Positions 62,831-64,000 of a stretch of DNA of 64,000 bases are shown here, piece by piece. Made by a program: the position numbers and the translations under genes. The stretch comes from an uncultured bacterium (lineage in GTDB: Bacteria > Krumholzibacteriota > Krumholzibacteriia > Krumholzibacteriales > Krumholzibacteriaceae), in assembly GCA_963747385.1 (NCBI GenBank), contig CAVVEY010000022.1, positions 11,739 to 75,738 of the forward strand, given 5' to 3'. Below the pieces are notes generated by a model that did no database searches, was not told where the DNA came from, and saw only the letters and a list, made by a program, of their open reading frames with translations. How positions within the stretch are numbered: position 1 is the first letter of the stretch; each line of letters begins with the position of its first letter.

Positions 62831-64000
62831 ATGAAAGACCGGCTCAAACACCTCTGGGATTCCATTCTCGAACGCGTGAGCGCTGAGGTCAACGCTCAAA
62901 GCTTCCAGACATGGTTCAAGCCGACGCGGCTCCTGAGCTGCGAGAACGGGCGTCTCGTGATCGAGGGTCCGAATCCTTTCTTCGTCGATTGGCTCTCGGA
63001 GCATCATCGGAGAAAGATCGAGCAGGCGGCGAGCGAAACGCTCGGCGAGCCCGTCTCGGTCGATTTCGTTTCGCCCGCGTCCCCGCCGCGCGTTTCCCCG
63101 CCCGAAGCGCGAGCGGCGCGGACGATGCTCGTGAACGAGCCCGTCGTCGTTCCCGAAAACGCCCAGCTCAACGCTCGATACGTATTCGACGAGTTCGTCG
63201 TCGGAAGCAGCAACCGTTTCGCCCACGCGGCGGCGCTCGCCGTCGCCGACAATCCCGCGCGCGCCTACAATCCGCTCTTCATCTACGGCGGCGCGGGGCT
63301 CGGCAAGACCCATCTCATCCAGGCGATCGGGCACCGCGTCATCGAGAAGCACCCGAAGATGCGCATCTCGTACGTGTCCGCCGAAGGGTTCATGAACGAC
63401 CTGATTCTGGCGATTCGCTCCGGCATCACGCACGAGTTCAAGGACCGGTACCGCAACATCGACATTCTCCTCATCGACGACGTACATTTCCTCGCGGGAA
63501 AGGAAAGCACGCAGGAGGAGTTCTTTTTCACGTTCAACTCGCTCCACAACGCGAACAAGCAAATCGTGGTCACGAGCGACCGGCCCCCGAAGGAAATCCC
63601 CACGCTCCAGGAGCGCCTCACGTCGCGCTTCGAGTGGGGACTGATCGCGGACATGCAGCCCCCCGACACCGAGACGCGGATCGCGATCCTCCGGAAGAAA
63701 GTCGAGAAGGAGCATATCCAGATCCCCGACGACGTCATCCAGCTCATCGCGGAAAACGCGAAGTCCAATATCCGGGAGCTCGAGGGCTCCCTCATCAAGC
63801 TGCTGGCCTGTTCGAGCCTCGCCAGCCGCGAGATCACCGTCGACATGGCGCGCGACGTCCTGGCCGATATGGTGAAGAGCGCCGCTCCGAAGAAGATCGC
63901 CGTCCAGGCGGTTCAGAAGGCCGTCGCCCAGCACTTCGACATCCCGAGCGACAGCCTCCGCGCGAAAACCAGAATCGCCCGCGTCGTCATCGCCCGCCAG
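62831..64000 (+). CDS. dnaA: Chromosomal replication initiator DnaA (3'-truncated; absent from the ORF track)
   Basis: MKDRLKHLWDSILE...FQTWF, YNPLFIYGGAGLGKTHL, LLIDDVHF, QEEFF, RLTSRFEWGL and NIRELEG motifs. Confidence 0.97.
   Translation, partial: MKDRLKHLWDSILERVSAEVNAQSFQTWFKPTRLLSCENGRLVIEGPNPFFVDWLSEHHRRKIEQAASETLGEPVSVDFVSPASPPRVSPPEARAARTMLVNEPVVVPENAQLNARYVFDEFVVGSSNRFAHAAALAVADNPARAYNPLFIYGGAGLGKTHLIQAIGHRVIEKHPKMRISYVSAEGFMNDLILAIRSGITHEFKDRYRNIDILLIDDVHFLAGKESTQEEFFFTFNSLHNANKQIVVTSDRPPKEIPTLQERLTSRFEWGLIADMQPPDTETRIAILRKKVEKEHIQIPDDVIQLIAENAKSNIRELEGSLIKLLACSSLASREITVDMARDVLADMVKSAAPKKIAVQAVQKAVAQHFDIPSDSLRAKTRIARVVIARQ

Noticed and set aside
62657-63934. 425-aa minus-strand ORF
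   Set aside because: It is antisense to dnaA, which the ORF track missed because its stop lies outside the window.

Overview
High-GC bacterial chromosome segment immediately left of the replication origin. Gene content (diderm lipoproteins, proteins with T9SS/FlgD-like C-terminal domains) suggests an FCB-superphylum candidate lineage such as Krumholzibacteriota; this is inference only. The right end holds dnaA (partial) and an oriC-like intergenic region, followed leftwards by rpmH-rnpA-yidD-yidC-jag-mnmE-mnmG-rsmG and a parAB operon with two perfect parS sites. Almost all genes lie on the minus (leading) strand. The left half is a long housekeeping/envelope cluster: mfd, three parvulin PPIases, an S4 protein, pdxA, ftsEX-envC, holB, yaaT, metG, a TatD-radical SAM fusion, rsmA, a beta-barrel with two lipoproteins, a YibQ-like deacetylase and pdxJ. 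The middle holds MoxR-DUF58-BatA/vWA, MtfA, a tandemly duplicated two-gene secreted-protein/lipoprotein module, a YbhGFSR-like ABC exporter, PolX-PHP and a sigma54-type hsp20 locus. The most novel signal is a non-coding modular repeat family with three loci (about 24.1-24.3, 29.3-29.4 and 54.6-54.9 kb). It is built from long hairpins that show compensatory base-pair changes, has an internal segment found in both orientations, and has a 45-bp tandem triplication lying between the two parS sites. About 17 apparent single-base insertions split 14 genes, including the essential metG, and are most likely sequencing or assembly errors.
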